DNA of 64,000 nt. Source: Bacteroidota bacterium. Its GTDB lineage: Bacteria > Bacteroidota > Ignavibacteria > UBA10030 > BY39. The stretch covers positions 5,988 to 69,987 of the forward strand of contig JASEGV010000005.1 of NCBI GenBank assembly GCA_030017895.1, in the 5' to 3' direction. A program made the position numbers and the translations under genes. A model generated the notes under the pieces. That model worked only from the letters and a program-made list of their open reading frames with translations, searched no databases and had not been told where the DNA came from. Below, piece after piece: positions 11,025 through 20,777 of the stretch. Positions within the stretch are counted from its first letter, which is position 1; every line of letters begins with the position of its first letter.

Positions 11025-11975
11025 ATGCCAAAAGTAATTTTAGATTTTGAAAAGCCGATTTACGAAATCGAACAGAAAGTCGAAGAGATGAAAAAGTTAG
11101 GACAGAGCATCGATTTGACGGACGAGATCAATACACTTGAGAGCAAGTTAGAACTAATGAAAAAAGATATATACAAAAATCTTTCACGATGGCAACGTGT
11201 ACAGATGGCACGCCACCCCGAAAGACCTTATACGCTCGATTATATTCAGATGATGACCGGCGATTTTATCGAACTGCATGGCGATAGAAACTTTCGCGAC
11301 GATAAGGCAATTGTAGGCGGCTTCGCGATGTTAGATAACGAACCTGTGATGATAATCGGGACTCAGAAAGGGAGAGACACAAAACAGAATGTTTACCGGA
11401 ATTTCGGTATGCCAAATCCTGAAGGATACCGCAAAGCTCTTCGGTTAATGAAATTAGCAGCAAAGTTTAAGCGCCCCGTAATTACCATGCTCGATACACC
11501 CGGAGCATATCCTGGATTAGAGGCTGAAGAACGTGGGCAGGCAGAAGCGATTTCACGCAATATTTTCGAAATGTCGCATCTCACCACTCCGATTATAGTA
11601 ACAATCATCGGCGAAGGAGCATCAGGAGGTGCATTAGGAATAGGCGTTGGCGATAGAGTATTGATGATGGAGAACTGCTGGTTCACTGTAATTGCACCCG
11701 AGTCTTGTTCGAGCATTTTATGGCGAAGTTGGGAACACAAAGAAAAAGCGGCTGAAGCTCTTAAATTAACCGCACCTGATTTGTTACAACAAGGTATCAT
11801 CGATCGAATAATTCCTGAACCGCTTGGCGGGGCTCACCGCAATCCCGATGAAGCTGCATCCGTTCTAAAAACCGTTCTTCTTGAAGAAATAAAGAAACTC
11901 AAAAAAATACCGACGGATAAGTTGATTGAAAAGCGAATTGAAAAATACGCTAACATGGGCGACTGGGAAGAATAA
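11025..11975 (+). CDS. accA: Acetyl-CoA carboxylase carboxyltransferase alpha subunit
   Basis: LDFEKPI, ARHPERP, ELHGDR, 'DTPGAYPG', GEGASGGAL. Confidence 0.97.
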   Translation: MPKVILDFEKPIYEIEQKVEEMKKLGQSIDLTDEINTLESKLELMKKDIYKNLSRWQRVQMARHPERPYTLDYIQMMTGDFIELHGDRNFRDDKAIVGGFAMLDNEPVMIIGTQKGRDTKQNVYRNFGMPNPEGYRKALRLMKLAAKFKRPVITMLDTPGAYPGLEAEERGQAEAISRNIFEMSHLTTPIIVTIIGEGASGGALGIGVGDRVLMMENCWFTVIAPESCSSILWRSWEHKEKAAEALKLTAPDLLQQGIIDRIIPEPLGGAHRNPDEAASVLKTVLLEEIKKLKKIPTDKLIEKRIEKYANMGDWEE

Positions 11976-11979
11976 GATT

Positions 11980-12402
11980 TTGATTAAACATACAACACAA
12001 ATAAGAGTTCGATACGCAGAAACCGACCAGATGAATATAGTTTATTATTCGAATTATTTCGTTTACTTCGAAAGCGGGAGGACAGAATTATTGCGATCAA
12101 TCGGTTTAGCATACACCGAATTAGAAAATATGGGATACATACTCCCGGTCATTGAAGCTAATGCGAAATATTTCAAGCCTGCCGCTTATGACGACTTGAT
12201 CGATGTTATTACAGTTCTTAAAGAATTACCGACCGCAAGAATTAAACTTGAGTATGAAGTCAGAAATAGCAAAACAAATGAGTTGATTGCAGAGGGCTAC
12301 ACGGTTCATAGCTTTGTGTTATCGGAAACACATAAACCAACTCGCCCACCTAATATATTTTTGAAATTATTGGAATCGGCATTCACCGACTCAAGGAATT
12401 AA
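11980..12402 (+). CDS. YbgC/FadM-family acyl-CoA thioesterase
   Basis: 'RVRYAETDQMNIVYYSNYFVYFESGR' hot-dog motif; likely TTG start just after the accA stop. Confidence 0.88.
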   Translation: MIKHTTQIRVRYAETDQMNIVYYSNYFVYFESGRTELLRSIGLAYTELENMGYILPVIEANAKYFKPAAYDDLIDVITVLKELPTARIKLEYEVRNSKTNELIAEGYTVHSFVLSETHKPTRPPNIFLKLLESAFTDSRN

Positions 12403-12406
12403 TAAA

Positions 12407-12583
12407 ATGATAAGTAAAGAAATTCTTGATATTCTTATTTGTCCAAAATGCCACGAAAAACTTGAATACAAATCCGAATTAAATAATCTGAACTGTAACG
12501 GTTGTGGTAAAGTCTATCGAATTGAAAACGATATACCGATAATGATACTCGAGGAAAAGGATAATGACAGACCTACTCAATGA
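12407..12583 (+). CDS. Trm112/YcaR-family protein (58 aa, not in the ORF track)
   Basis: Manual translation MISKEILDILICPKCHEKLEY...CNGCGKVYRIENDIPIMIL...; CxxC...CxxC plus 'Y.I...IP.M'; overlaps the nadC start. Confidence 0.88.
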   Translation: MISKEILDILICPKCHEKLEYKSELNNLNCNGCGKVYRIENDIPIMILEEKDNDRPTQ

Positions 12584-13436
12584 CTCAAGAATAAGCCGGA
12601 TAATACAAGAAGCATTATCCGAAGATATCGGACTCGGTGATATAACAACCGAGTCGATAGTTGAATCAGATATCTTAGGTGATGCAGAATTATTAGTGAA
12701 AGAGACCGGGGTGATTGCTGGACTTGGTCTGGCATCGCTTGTATTCCAATTTGTCGATCCCGAGATTACATTTAAAAAAACGACAAACGATGGTGCTTAT
12801 ATTCAAGCAGGAACAGTCGCAGGATCAATTGCCGGTCCTCTCACAAGTATTTTGAAAGCTGAGCGTACAGCCCTTAACTTCTTGCAAAGGATGAGTGGTA
12901 TAGCTACATTGACTCGACAGTTTGTGGGAGCTGTTGCAGGGACAAGGGCAAAAATTACCGACACCCGCAAAACTGCACCCGGTATGCGCCTTTTAGATAA
13001 GTTAGCTGTAAAAATTGGGGGCGGAGTAAACCACAGATATGGTTTAGATGATATGGTTCTAATCAAAGATAATCATATCGAAGCTGCCGGTGGAATTTCA
13101 AAAGCAATTGAAAAATGTTTGAACTATCTTAATGCGAGTAGCTTAAAATTAAAAATTGAAGTCGAAACCAAGAACCTTGATGAAATCCGCGAAGCTCTGA
13201 AATTTCCAGGAATTCATAGGGTTATGTTAGATAATTTTGCGGTTAACGAAATGACAAAAGCTGTTGTTTTAATAAGCGGCAGGGTAGAAGTTGAAGCTTC
13301 GGGTAACGTGAATCTACATAATGTTTTAGAGATAGCTGAAACCGGTGTCGATTACATCTCAATCGGTGCTCTTACTCATTCGGTTCGTTCGCTCGATATA
13401 TCGTTGAATGTAAAAACGAGATTAACTTCTAAATGA
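12564..13436 (+). CDS. nadC: Nicotinate-nucleotide diphosphorylase (quinolinate phosphoribosyltransferase)
   Basis: EDIGLGDITT, ERTALN, DTRKT, NHRYGL, KDNH, EASG, DYISIGALTHS. Confidence 0.97.
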   Translation: MTDLLNDSRISRIIQEALSEDIGLGDITTESIVESDILGDAELLVKETGVIAGLGLASLVFQFVDPEITFKKTTNDGAYIQAGTVAGSIAGPLTSILKAERTALNFLQRMSGIATLTRQFVGAVAGTRAKITDTRKTAPGMRLLDKLAVKIGGGVNHRYGLDDMVLIKDNHIEAAGGISKAIEKCLNYLNASSLKLKIEVETKNLDEIREALKFPGIHRVMLDNFAVNEMTKAVVLISGRVEVEASGNVNLHNVLEIAETGVDYISIGALTHSVRSLDISLNVKTRLTSK

Positions 13437-14902
13437 TTGATAAAATCACCCGGTTAGGGAAAGATACATTAATCTACGGAACAAGCACTGTCCTGGGTAG
13501 GTTGCTGAATTTTCTGCTTGTCCCCATTTATACAAACTTTCTTTCTCCAAGCGATTATGGGATCACGGCATATATTTATTCTCTGCTTGCATTTCTTAAT
13601 GTGATATACAATTACGGGATGGAGTCGGCTTATTTTCGATATTCCGCTTCTCAGGAAATAGGAAATCCAAAACAAAATTTCAGTACTCCTTTTATCTCGA
13701 TTGCAACAACTTCTTTTATATTCTCGGGCATAATTATCTCACTCGCAACTCCCATTGCCGAAGCTGTTAATATTCCTCTCCATTATTCTTCAATCATTTT
13801 ATATTCAGGACTAATATTATTTTTTGATGCGTTGGCAATAGTTCCGTTTGCACTCCTCCGGCAGAAAAATAAAGCTAAACTTTTTGCGACAATAAAATTT
13901 CTTAACATAGTCATTAACGTATCATTAAATATTTTACTTCTTGTAAAATATAAAATGGGTATTGAAGGTATTTTTATTAGCGGAACAATTGCATCGCTGA
14001 TTACTTTTATTTTTCTACTGCCCACCGTTTTGAAAAATTTAACATTCAATTTTTCTGGTGATCTTTATAAAGTTTTATTAAAATTCGGGCTCCCTTCCCT
14101 GCCCGCCGGTTTTGCCTTGATGGTAATTCAGGTAATCGACCGTCCGATACTGCGGGCACTAACCGATAATGCCTCAGTCGGAATATATCAGGCAAATTAC
14201 AAACTTGGGATATTCATGATGCTCGTTGTTTCGATGTTCGACTACGCGTGGAAACCTTTTTTCTTCGCCCGCGCCAAAGATGATAATGCGAAAGAGCTTT
14301 TCGCCCGAATCACAACTTACTTTTTTCTGCTGATGAGCATCGTTTTATTGATCATTACTTTCTTCATTGAAGATATTGTTAAAATACAAATTTCCGGCAG
14401 GTTTATAATCCACCCCGATTATTGGGTTGGGTTAAACATCATTCCAATTATTATGTTAGGTTATTTATTTTATGGTCTGTCGCTCACTTTTTCCGCCGGT
14501 ATTTATTTGGAGAAAAAAACAATATACCTCCCTATCATAACATTTACCGCAGCTGCTGTAAATGTCGTAATAAATTTTTTATTAATCCCTGCTATCGGAA
14601 TTATGGGTGCGGCTGTGGCAACGTTAGCAAGTTACATCACAATGTCCGTGCTGATGTTTTTCTACTCACAAAAATTCTATAAGATTAATTATGAATTCAT
14701 ACGCATCCTTAAAATAACAATTGCAGGGGCTCTTACATTTATACTGTTTTTCAGCATCCCAAAAACTGAGTATCATCTGATTTTAAAATTACTGGTCCTT
14801 TTTGTTTTCGTTATTCTTCTTTATCTATTTACTTTTTTTAGAAAGGGAGAAATAAACAAGCTAAAGCAACTCCTCTCATCCCTCAGTAACAAAAAACCGT
14901 AA
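13433..14902 (+). CDS. Wzx/MOP-superfamily oligosaccharide flippase
   Basis: About 13 TMs; 'LLVPIYT..LSPSDYG', 'NFLLIPAIGIMGAAVAT'. Confidence 0.88.
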   Translation: MIDKITRLGKDTLIYGTSTVLGRLLNFLLVPIYTNFLSPSDYGITAYIYSLLAFLNVIYNYGMESAYFRYSASQEIGNPKQNFSTPFISIATTSFIFSGIIISLATPIAEAVNIPLHYSSIILYSGLILFFDALAIVPFALLRQKNKAKLFATIKFLNIVINVSLNILLLVKYKMGIEGIFISGTIASLITFIFLLPTVLKNLTFNFSGDLYKVLLKFGLPSLPAGFALMVIQVIDRPILRALTDNASVGIYQANYKLGIFMMLVVSMFDYAWKPFFFARAKDDNAKELFARITTYFFLLMSIVLLIITFFIEDIVKIQISGRFIIHPDYWVGLNIIPIIMLGYLFYGLSLTFSAGIYLEKKTIYLPIITFTAAAVNVVINFLLIPAIGIMGAAVATLASYITMSVLMFFYSQKFYKINYEFIRILKITIAGALTFILFFSIPKTEYHLILKLLVLFVFVILLYLFTFFRKGEINKLKQLLSSLSNKKP

Positions 14903-14981
14903 ACCAACCGTGTGATCTTTTAGTTTATGAGTGCCTATTTTTGTATATTAAAGCGGAAATTAAACAAATATTGGAAAATAT

Positions 14982-15971
14982 GTGAGTGAAAATAAAATAA
15001 ATTTTGACCCCAACAAGCCTATGCAAGTTGGCGGTCAAGCTGTAATCGAAGGTGTGATGATGCGTGCTCCCGGTATGGTGGCAACCGCTGTCCGCAGAGC
15101 CAACGGCGAAATCGTGATTAAAAAAGAAGAATTTCACACACTCGCTGAGCGGAAAAAATTTTTTAAAACACCTATCCTTCGGGGTGCTGTCGGTTTAGTT
15201 GAGATAATGATTTTGGGTGTGCGAACTTTAAATTTTTCTGCTGATATTGCGATGATGGACATCGAAGAAGCAGAAGCAAAGAATGGAAAAAAGAAAAACA
15301 AAAAAGCGGGCAGCAATTCAAGCTGGAAATTAGCTCTAACGGTTCTAGTTGCATTTGCAATCGGTATGGCGATATTTTTCGTTACACCACTTTTTATTGC
15401 AACTCATCTTTTTCAAGTTGAACAAGACGCATTCGCCTTCAATCTTATTTCTGGCAGCGTCCGACTTTTACTTTTGATTATATACATCACTGCGATATCA
15501 TTTATGAAAGATGTCCAGCGTGTGTTTCAGTATCACGGGGCTGAGCACAAAGTGGTTTTTGCTTTTGAATCGAAAGCCCCCCTCACAATCGAAGGTGCAC
15601 GAATATTTTCGCGGTTTCATCCCCGATGTGGAACAAGTTTTCTTTTAATTGTGATGTTAGCTTCCATTTTTATTTTTAGCATATTCGATTCGTTATATAT
15701 TCAATATATCGGTCCGATGAATATATTTACACGACTTTTAACACATCTTCCGCTCGTTCCTTTTGTTGGAGGTGCCGCTTATGAATTTATCAGATTGTCG
15801 GCACGCAAGAGCAATACAACGATTGGTAAAATTCTTGTAGCACCCTGTTTATGGCTGCAAAATATTACAACCAAAGAACCGACAGACGACCAGATTGAAG
15901 TTGCATTAAAAGCTCTTCAAGTTTCTTTAAGAATTGGAGCCTCTGAAATAATTCCAGCGGATAACATTTAA
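14982..15971 (+). CDS. DUF1385 family membrane protein (putative metal-dependent)
   Basis: GGQAVIEGVMMR, YHGAEHK, HPRCGTSF, TTKEP; adjacent to prfA as commonly seen. Confidence 0.92.
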   Translation: MSENKINFDPNKPMQVGGQAVIEGVMMRAPGMVATAVRRANGEIVIKKEEFHTLAERKKFFKTPILRGAVGLVEIMILGVRTLNFSADIAMMDIEEAEAKNGKKKNKKAGSNSSWKLALTVLVAFAIGMAIFFVTPLFIATHLFQVEQDAFAFNLISGSVRLLLLIIYITAISFMKDVQRVFQYHGAEHKVVFAFESKAPLTIEGARIFSRFHPRCGTSFLLIVMLASIFIFSIFDSLYIQYIGPMNIFTRLLTHLPLVPFVGGAAYEFIRLSARKSNTTIGKILVAPCLWLQNITTKEPTDDQIEVALKALQVSLRIGASEIIPADNI

Positions 15972-15979
15972 GAATAAGT

Positions 15980-17047
15980 ATGTTTGAACGATTAAAAAGA
16001 ATTAAAGCACGATTTGAAGAAATTACACAACTGTTGAGCGACCCTGCTGTTATAAACAATCAAGATAAATTCAGAGAACTTAATAAAGAATTCAGTGAGC
16101 TATCAGATATAGTACGTGTTTACGAAAGTTATCTCAGAGCAAAGAATGATTTAGACGGAATCAACCATTTATTGGATACTTCTTCCGACCCGGACATAAA
16201 AGATTTAGCACAATCGGAAAAAGAAGAAGCTGTTAAAAAAGTTTTCACTATTGAAGAAGGCTTGAAAACTTTATTGCTTCCCAAAGACCCGAACGATACA
16301 AAAAACTGTTTGCTTGAAATCCGAGCCGGTACGGGTGGCGACGAAGCTGGATTATTTGCGGCTGATTTATTCAGAATGTACTCAAGGTTTGCTGAAAAGA
16401 ACAATTGGAAAGTTGAGTTATTAGATTTCAGCGAATCTGGTAAAGGCGGCTTCAAAGAAATAATTTTAAGAATCAGCGGACAAGAGGCGTACGGAAAATT
16501 AAAATTTGAAATTGGAGTTCACAGAGTTCAGCGTGTCCCCGAAACAGAGTCGCAAGGTCGCGTGCACACTTCAGCAGCCACAGTCGCAGTGCTTCCTGAG
16601 GTTGAGGATGTCGAGATTGAAATTAACCCCGCCGATTTACAGTTCGACACATATAGAGCTGGCGGTAAAGGGGGGCAGAATGTAAATAAAGTTGAAACCG
16701 CCGTGAGAATAACCCACCATCCATCCGGAGTAATCGTGGCTTGCCAGCAGGAGCGCTCACAATTTAAGAACAAGGAACTTGCGATGAAAATGCTTCGTGC
16801 TAAATTGTATGAAGCAAAAATCAAAGAACAAAACGATTCAGTCTCGGCACAACGAAAATCGATGGTAAAAAGCGGCGACAGAAGCGATAAAATTAGAACC
16901 TATAATTTCCCTCAGAACAGAGTAACCGACCATAGAATCGGGTTAACTCTTTATAACCTCTCAGAATTCATCGACGGGAAGATTGATGAAATGATAGAAC
17001 AACTCAAGCTTGTTGATAAAACAGAAAAATTAGCTAACGCAGAGTAA
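15980..17047 (+). CDS. prfA: Peptide chain release factor 1
   Basis: GGQ motif; RF1-specific PxT ('RVPETE'); RTYNFPQNRVTDHRI. Confidence 0.97.
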   Translation: MFERLKRIKARFEEITQLLSDPAVINNQDKFRELNKEFSELSDIVRVYESYLRAKNDLDGINHLLDTSSDPDIKDLAQSEKEEAVKKVFTIEEGLKTLLLPKDPNDTKNCLLEIRAGTGGDEAGLFAADLFRMYSRFAEKNNWKVELLDFSESGKGGFKEIILRISGQEAYGKLKFEIGVHRVQRVPETESQGRVHTSAATVAVLPEVEDVEIEINPADLQFDTYRAGGKGGQNVNKVETAVRITHHPSGVIVACQQERSQFKNKELAMKMLRAKLYEAKIKEQNDSVSAQRKSMVKSGDRSDKIRTYNFPQNRVTDHRIGLTLYNLSEFIDGKIDEMIEQLKLVDKTEKLANAE

Positions 17048-17081
17048 ATAATTTTTCTCGGCTGCCTGGACTTGCAATCAA

Positions 17082-17106
17082 GGGCGTTTCGACACGCTCA
17101 ACGCCC
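17082..17106. repeat. REP-like palindrome (TTCGACA.GCTCA type)
   Basis: GGGCGTT-TCGACACGCTC-AACGCCC; same core as the TGTGGTTCGACAAGCTCACCACA copies near 22936 and 23167. Confidence 0.7.
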
Positions 17107-17194
17107 GACTCGGTTGCTGTGCTTGTAGGTAATGGAGTTTCAACAAAGTTAATTCCGCAAAGGCAGAACTCAACGCTCGAATTTAGAAGATCCA

Positions 17195-17230
17195 GATTGC
17201 TTCGTCCGCACGTGGCAGACTCGCAATGAC
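17195..17230. repeat. REP/RPE-like palindrome (GATTGCTTCG...CTCGCAATGAC type)
   Basis: ATTGC...GCAAT stem with inner hairpin GTCCGC-ACGTG-GCAGAC; ends in ATGAC like the other GTCA-type repeats. Confidence 0.7.
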
Positions 17231-17257
17231 TTTTAGTAACCCCTACTTGATAAAAAT

Positions 17258-17287
17258 AAAACCCGCCCTGTTTATCAAGGCGGGTTT
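17258..17287. terminator. Intrinsic terminator between convergent prfA and the T9SS array, probably bidirectional
   Basis: AAACCCGCC...GGCGGGTTT stem; A-tract on the left gives a U-tract for the minus-strand transcript. Confidence 0.75.
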
Positions 17288-17298
17288 CGTGTTACATA

Positions 17299-17346
17299 TG
17301 CGAATCACTTTTCCCGAAGTGACGGCTTCGCCGAAAGTGAGTCGCA
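17299..17346. repeat. Long imperfect palindrome (REP-like)
   Basis: TGCGAATCACTTT...CGAAG..CTTCG...AAAGTGAGTCGCA. Confidence 0.6.
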
Positions 17347-17357
17347 CTTTTATATCG

Positions 17358-20300
17358 TCATTTCAACATCAACATTTTGTTTACTTGCGTAAACGAACCA
17401 CTGACCATACGAATAAAGTAAACTCCGCTCGGGATGTTGTTTCCTTGCTCGTTCTTTCCGTTCCACTCGATTGTATGATAACCGGCAGGACGGATTTCGT
17501 TCACTAAAGTACGAACTTTCTGTCCAAGTATGTTATACACTACCATCTCAACCAAAGCAGCTTTTGGAACCGCAATAGTCATCTTTGTAGTCGGGTTGAA
17601 CGGGTTCGGATAGTTCTGACCGAGTGCAAACTCCATCGGAATTTCTTCGCCGTTTTCAATCTTTAACATCAGAGAAGTTAAGTTTTGGTTTGTAACTCTC
17701 AAGCTTCCTTCACCTTTCAGTTCTTTAACTCCGATAAGTTTACCGTTTGCAGCATCGGTGAGCAAGAAGTTTTTACCGCCACTGTTGACGATATTCCATG
17801 AAACTGTAATCGGATATTCTGCTGATTGTATATTTACCGTATGTTGTACGAATTTTTCGATACTCATCGGATAAGTTTCTAAAATTCTCTGTGATGCAAA
17901 ACGGACATCGAACAGTGTCGCAGGTGGCGAAGGAGGCATTCCATAAAGTTCATTCTTTACCTTTCCTTCAGCGTCCAAACCGACATAGAGTGTCTGGCTC
18001 ATGTTGTTTTTATCAGTTATCGTTATTGTATTATATTCTTCGATTTTTGCAAATTGCTCTGTTTCTTTATTCAAGAATAGTGAAATACCACCAAGAGTTA
18101 AGGTTCCTGAATTAGCAACCTTTATCCAATAAGCCTTCCCCGGTTCGATATTAGTAGATACTGTATATCCATTGTTGTAAGCATAATATGGTGAAGCAAT
18201 CATCCCAGGAGGATTTGAAGTTACAGTACTCGTGGCAACAGGGCTTGTAATCGAACCAATTAAATTCCAACCCGCATTTACATAAATTTGTGCAGAATTG
18301 ACCCTACGTCCATGCATACGACGAACAACGGGATTTGTAAATTTAAGCCAATACCCTATCCCGTTATACAGTGTATCTTTTGAGTTATAACCGGCAGAAT
18401 ATGCAAAGGCATTTGATTGTGCATCCGGGAATACGTTTATTTTCTTTGAGTTTAAAGTATCGCGAGGAATAAATGGAACTGATACTAAATTCCAACCTTG
18501 ATTGTAACTATAGAGATTCCCCGCATTGAAATCAGAATTTTGTCTCGGGTCAATTTTATACCTATTAAAACTATAGTACACCACACCAGTTAATGGCGTG
18601 ATTTTATCATCAAGCGATAGAATATTCATACCGAGAAGCGTATCAGCCAATACATTCGAGAAGTGATGTTTACCATCCCGCCTTATCGTTGTTGTTCCAG
18701 AACCGTCATTTACATCAAACTCAGTAGGATCGGAGAATACAGGCCAGATATTTGTTACATGTACAGAGTCAAATTTTACTAACATACCTTCCCACATTTC
18801 GGCGATCGGATCTCCATTCGCTCTTTCACCAAATGTAAATGTCGAGGTTGGTAATGAAACTGGTGCCGGAACTGTTCTGCCGGTAGCGATAATCTGAATA
18901 GGATGTCTAATACTATCCATCCGTGTAACTTCAAAGTTCTCAATTATTCTACCTGTAACACGTATGCTGTCTCCTTTACGAACATTTGCTAAAGTAGATT
19001 CTGGCCCAACAATCCATAACCCACTCCACGGTGCATTACCACTCTGTATATACCAGGAATTTGTCCCTGCAACATTTAGAGGTGAAAGCCCTATATCCGA
19101 AGTATCTACAGTTACAGTACCTGTGACTGATACAGGATTTGCTCCGAGATAAGGTGTTCGACCATTTGGATATGGTGTGTATTGTATGTCTTGTATAGTT
19201 AACTCTCGATTTAACACTTCATAAAAGAAAAATCCTTTAGACGTATCTTGCCCCATCGGTCCTGATGCGGAATTTGCCAGAGTTGCGGAACGACCATCAC
19301 TCGCAAAAGTTTTCATGAAATAACGTACAGTTGTTCCTGCTGGGTACTTACCTATTAGTAGAAAAGCTGATGAATCCGGATATGGACCAAACATTCGTTT
19401 CTTCTGAAAAGGTCCTCCATTAATGCTATAATACAAAGTATCAGTAACGATGTCATTTCCACCAGTTAATTTATATACTCTTACAGTTACTTTTGGATTA
19501 CTATCAGGGTGAACAACTACAGGTTCTCGTCTATGTTGTGTTATAATTGGATTGGGAGTTCCAAATTTTATATCGCCATCATAAATTGGTGAAATGCGGT
19601 ACCCTCGTGAAGCTTCTCCACCAGTAACAGGCGACATCCAACCACGTATTGAATCGATTCTTGCTCCAACAGCAGGCATAATATAAGTTGAAGCAGGATT
19701 ACGCCGAGCAGCGTCATAGGTGAACCAATTTGATGCATCATAAGTCGAGATTGAATTTCCCATATCATCGACCATATTAACAGTTCCACGCCCTGAACTC
19801 AGTATTTCAGTTACATTTAGATTATACATCTTGACAAAACCAGATTCTAAAGGTTCACCGGTAGAAAATTTAATTTTGCCTGGCCAAATACCTTGATAAA
19901 ATGGATTTTCATCCGGAGGTATGATTTTATAATTAGGAAGAGGATAACTGGATTCTATTATCTCCATAATATTGGCTGGAGCTCCTAATGTATCCTTTAA
20001 AGGCACAAATTGTGTCATGCTGTGCATTGCCCACCCACCATCATTATAGCTTGGGAATTCCCACACCCAGCCAGTTACTCTAACTATATCTCCGGGCTCT
20101 GGATTTAGCATATACTGATAATAAATTGAATCCCCGGGATTAGCGGAACCAACTGGTGCTCTTAATAATATATTTCTAAATTGTTGGCTGTTATATTCAG
20201 GATCAGAATAATAACCGGTATCAGCGATAACCATAGTATAACCGTTTCCTGTATATCCAAATATTTTTGCAGGAATAACAACAACACCTACGATTGTTAT

Positions 20301-20600
20301 TGTATCCAAACTCCGAGTGCCGGTTGGATCCGGAGTTATAAAATTCGCTTTTTGCAAATGCCAATAAGCTGCTGGGTTTGAAAATTGGACCAAATCAGCT
20401 TTAGCTAATGAGTCAGGGTGATTGTATTGGATTGACCTAATCGTCCGGTAGGGATATGGTGAGGTTACATTTTTATTTATTACTCTCTCTTTTTTAAAAC
20501 CCTCCGGCGGGTTTAGCTGCCCGTTTGCATCAATCGTCGCAGCTATCATACCTACCATAATTAAGATAGGTAAAATTAATTTTTGTAATTTGTACTTCAT
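17358..20600 (-). CDS. Secreted T9SS cargo: repeated OB-fold-like modules, GWN-repeat module, PPxPP/DxR module, C-terminal sorting domain
   Basis: Signal peptide; internal repeats 'TIRSIQY'/'TIQDIQY' and 'E..ESGFVK'/'E.WEGMLVK'; 'GWNLVSVP', 'GWNLIG'; tail QNYPNPFNP...SGVYF...KMLMLK. Confidence 0.85.
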   Translation of the reverse strand: MKYKLQKLILPILIMVGMIAATIDANGQLNPPEGFKKERVINKNVTSPYPYRTIRSIQYNHPDSLAKADLVQFSNPAAYWHLQKANFITPDPTGTRSLDTITIVGVVVIPAKIFGYTGNGYTMVIADTGYYSDPEYNSQQFRNILLRAPVGSANPGDSIYYQYMLNPEPGDIVRVTGWVWEFPSYNDGGWAMHSMTQFVPLKDTLGAPANIMEIIESSYPLPNYKIIPPDENPFYQGIWPGKIKFSTGEPLESGFVKMYNLNVTEILSSGRGTVNMVDDMGNSISTYDASNWFTYDAARRNPASTYIMPAVGARIDSIRGWMSPVTGGEASRGYRISPIYDGDIKFGTPNPIITQHRREPVVVHPDSNPKVTVRVYKLTGGNDIVTDTLYYSINGGPFQKKRMFGPYPDSSAFLLIGKYPAGTTVRYFMKTFASDGRSATLANSASGPMGQDTSKGFFFYEVLNRELTIQDIQYTPYPNGRTPYLGANPVSVTGTVTVDTSDIGLSPLNVAGTNSWYIQSGNAPWSGLWIVGPESTLANVRKGDSIRVTGRIIENFEVTRMDSIRHPIQIIATGRTVPAPVSLPTSTFTFGERANGDPIAEMWEGMLVKFDSVHVTNIWPVFSDPTEFDVNDGSGTTTIRRDGKHHFSNVLADTLLGMNILSLDDKITPLTGVVYYSFNRYKIDPRQNSDFNAGNLYSYNQGWNLVSVPFIPRDTLNSKKINVFPDAQSNAFAYSAGYNSKDTLYNGIGYWLKFTNPVVRRMHGRRVNSAQIYVNAGWNLIGSITSPVATSTVTSNPPGMIASPYYAYNNGYTVSTNIEPGKAYWIKVANSGTLTLGGISLFLNKETEQFAKIEEYNTITITDKNNMSQTLYVGLDAEGKVKNELYGMPPSPPATLFDVRFASQRILETYPMSIEKFVQHTVNIQSAEYPITVSWNIVNSGGKNFLLTDAANGKLIGVKELKGEGSLRVTNQNLTSLMLKIENGEEIPMEFALGQNYPNPFNPTTKMTIAVPKAALVEMVVYNILGQKVRTLVNEIRPAGYHTIEWNGKNEQGNNIPSGVYFIRMVSGSFTQVNKMLMLK

Positions 20601-20777
20601 AACTTACTCCTAATTAGTAATATTGTTTTATGTTTGTTAGATGTATTTTTGTTTGTCAAATTATACAACCTGTGGGACATTTACCAACGGGCAGGTTGTG
20701 TTACTAGTGCTTCTTAGTGTTAAAATTAAACATTCACCACTTAGACACTTAGAACACTAAGTCTTTTGGGAATAACT

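Noticed and set aside
15980..17047. prfB with a programmed frameshift
   Set aside because: Continuous ORF with the RF1 PxT motif and no SPF motif
17226..17507. 93-aa + strand ORF
   Set aside because: Starts in a palindromic repeat, spans the terminator and is antisense to a T9SS tail; shadow ORF
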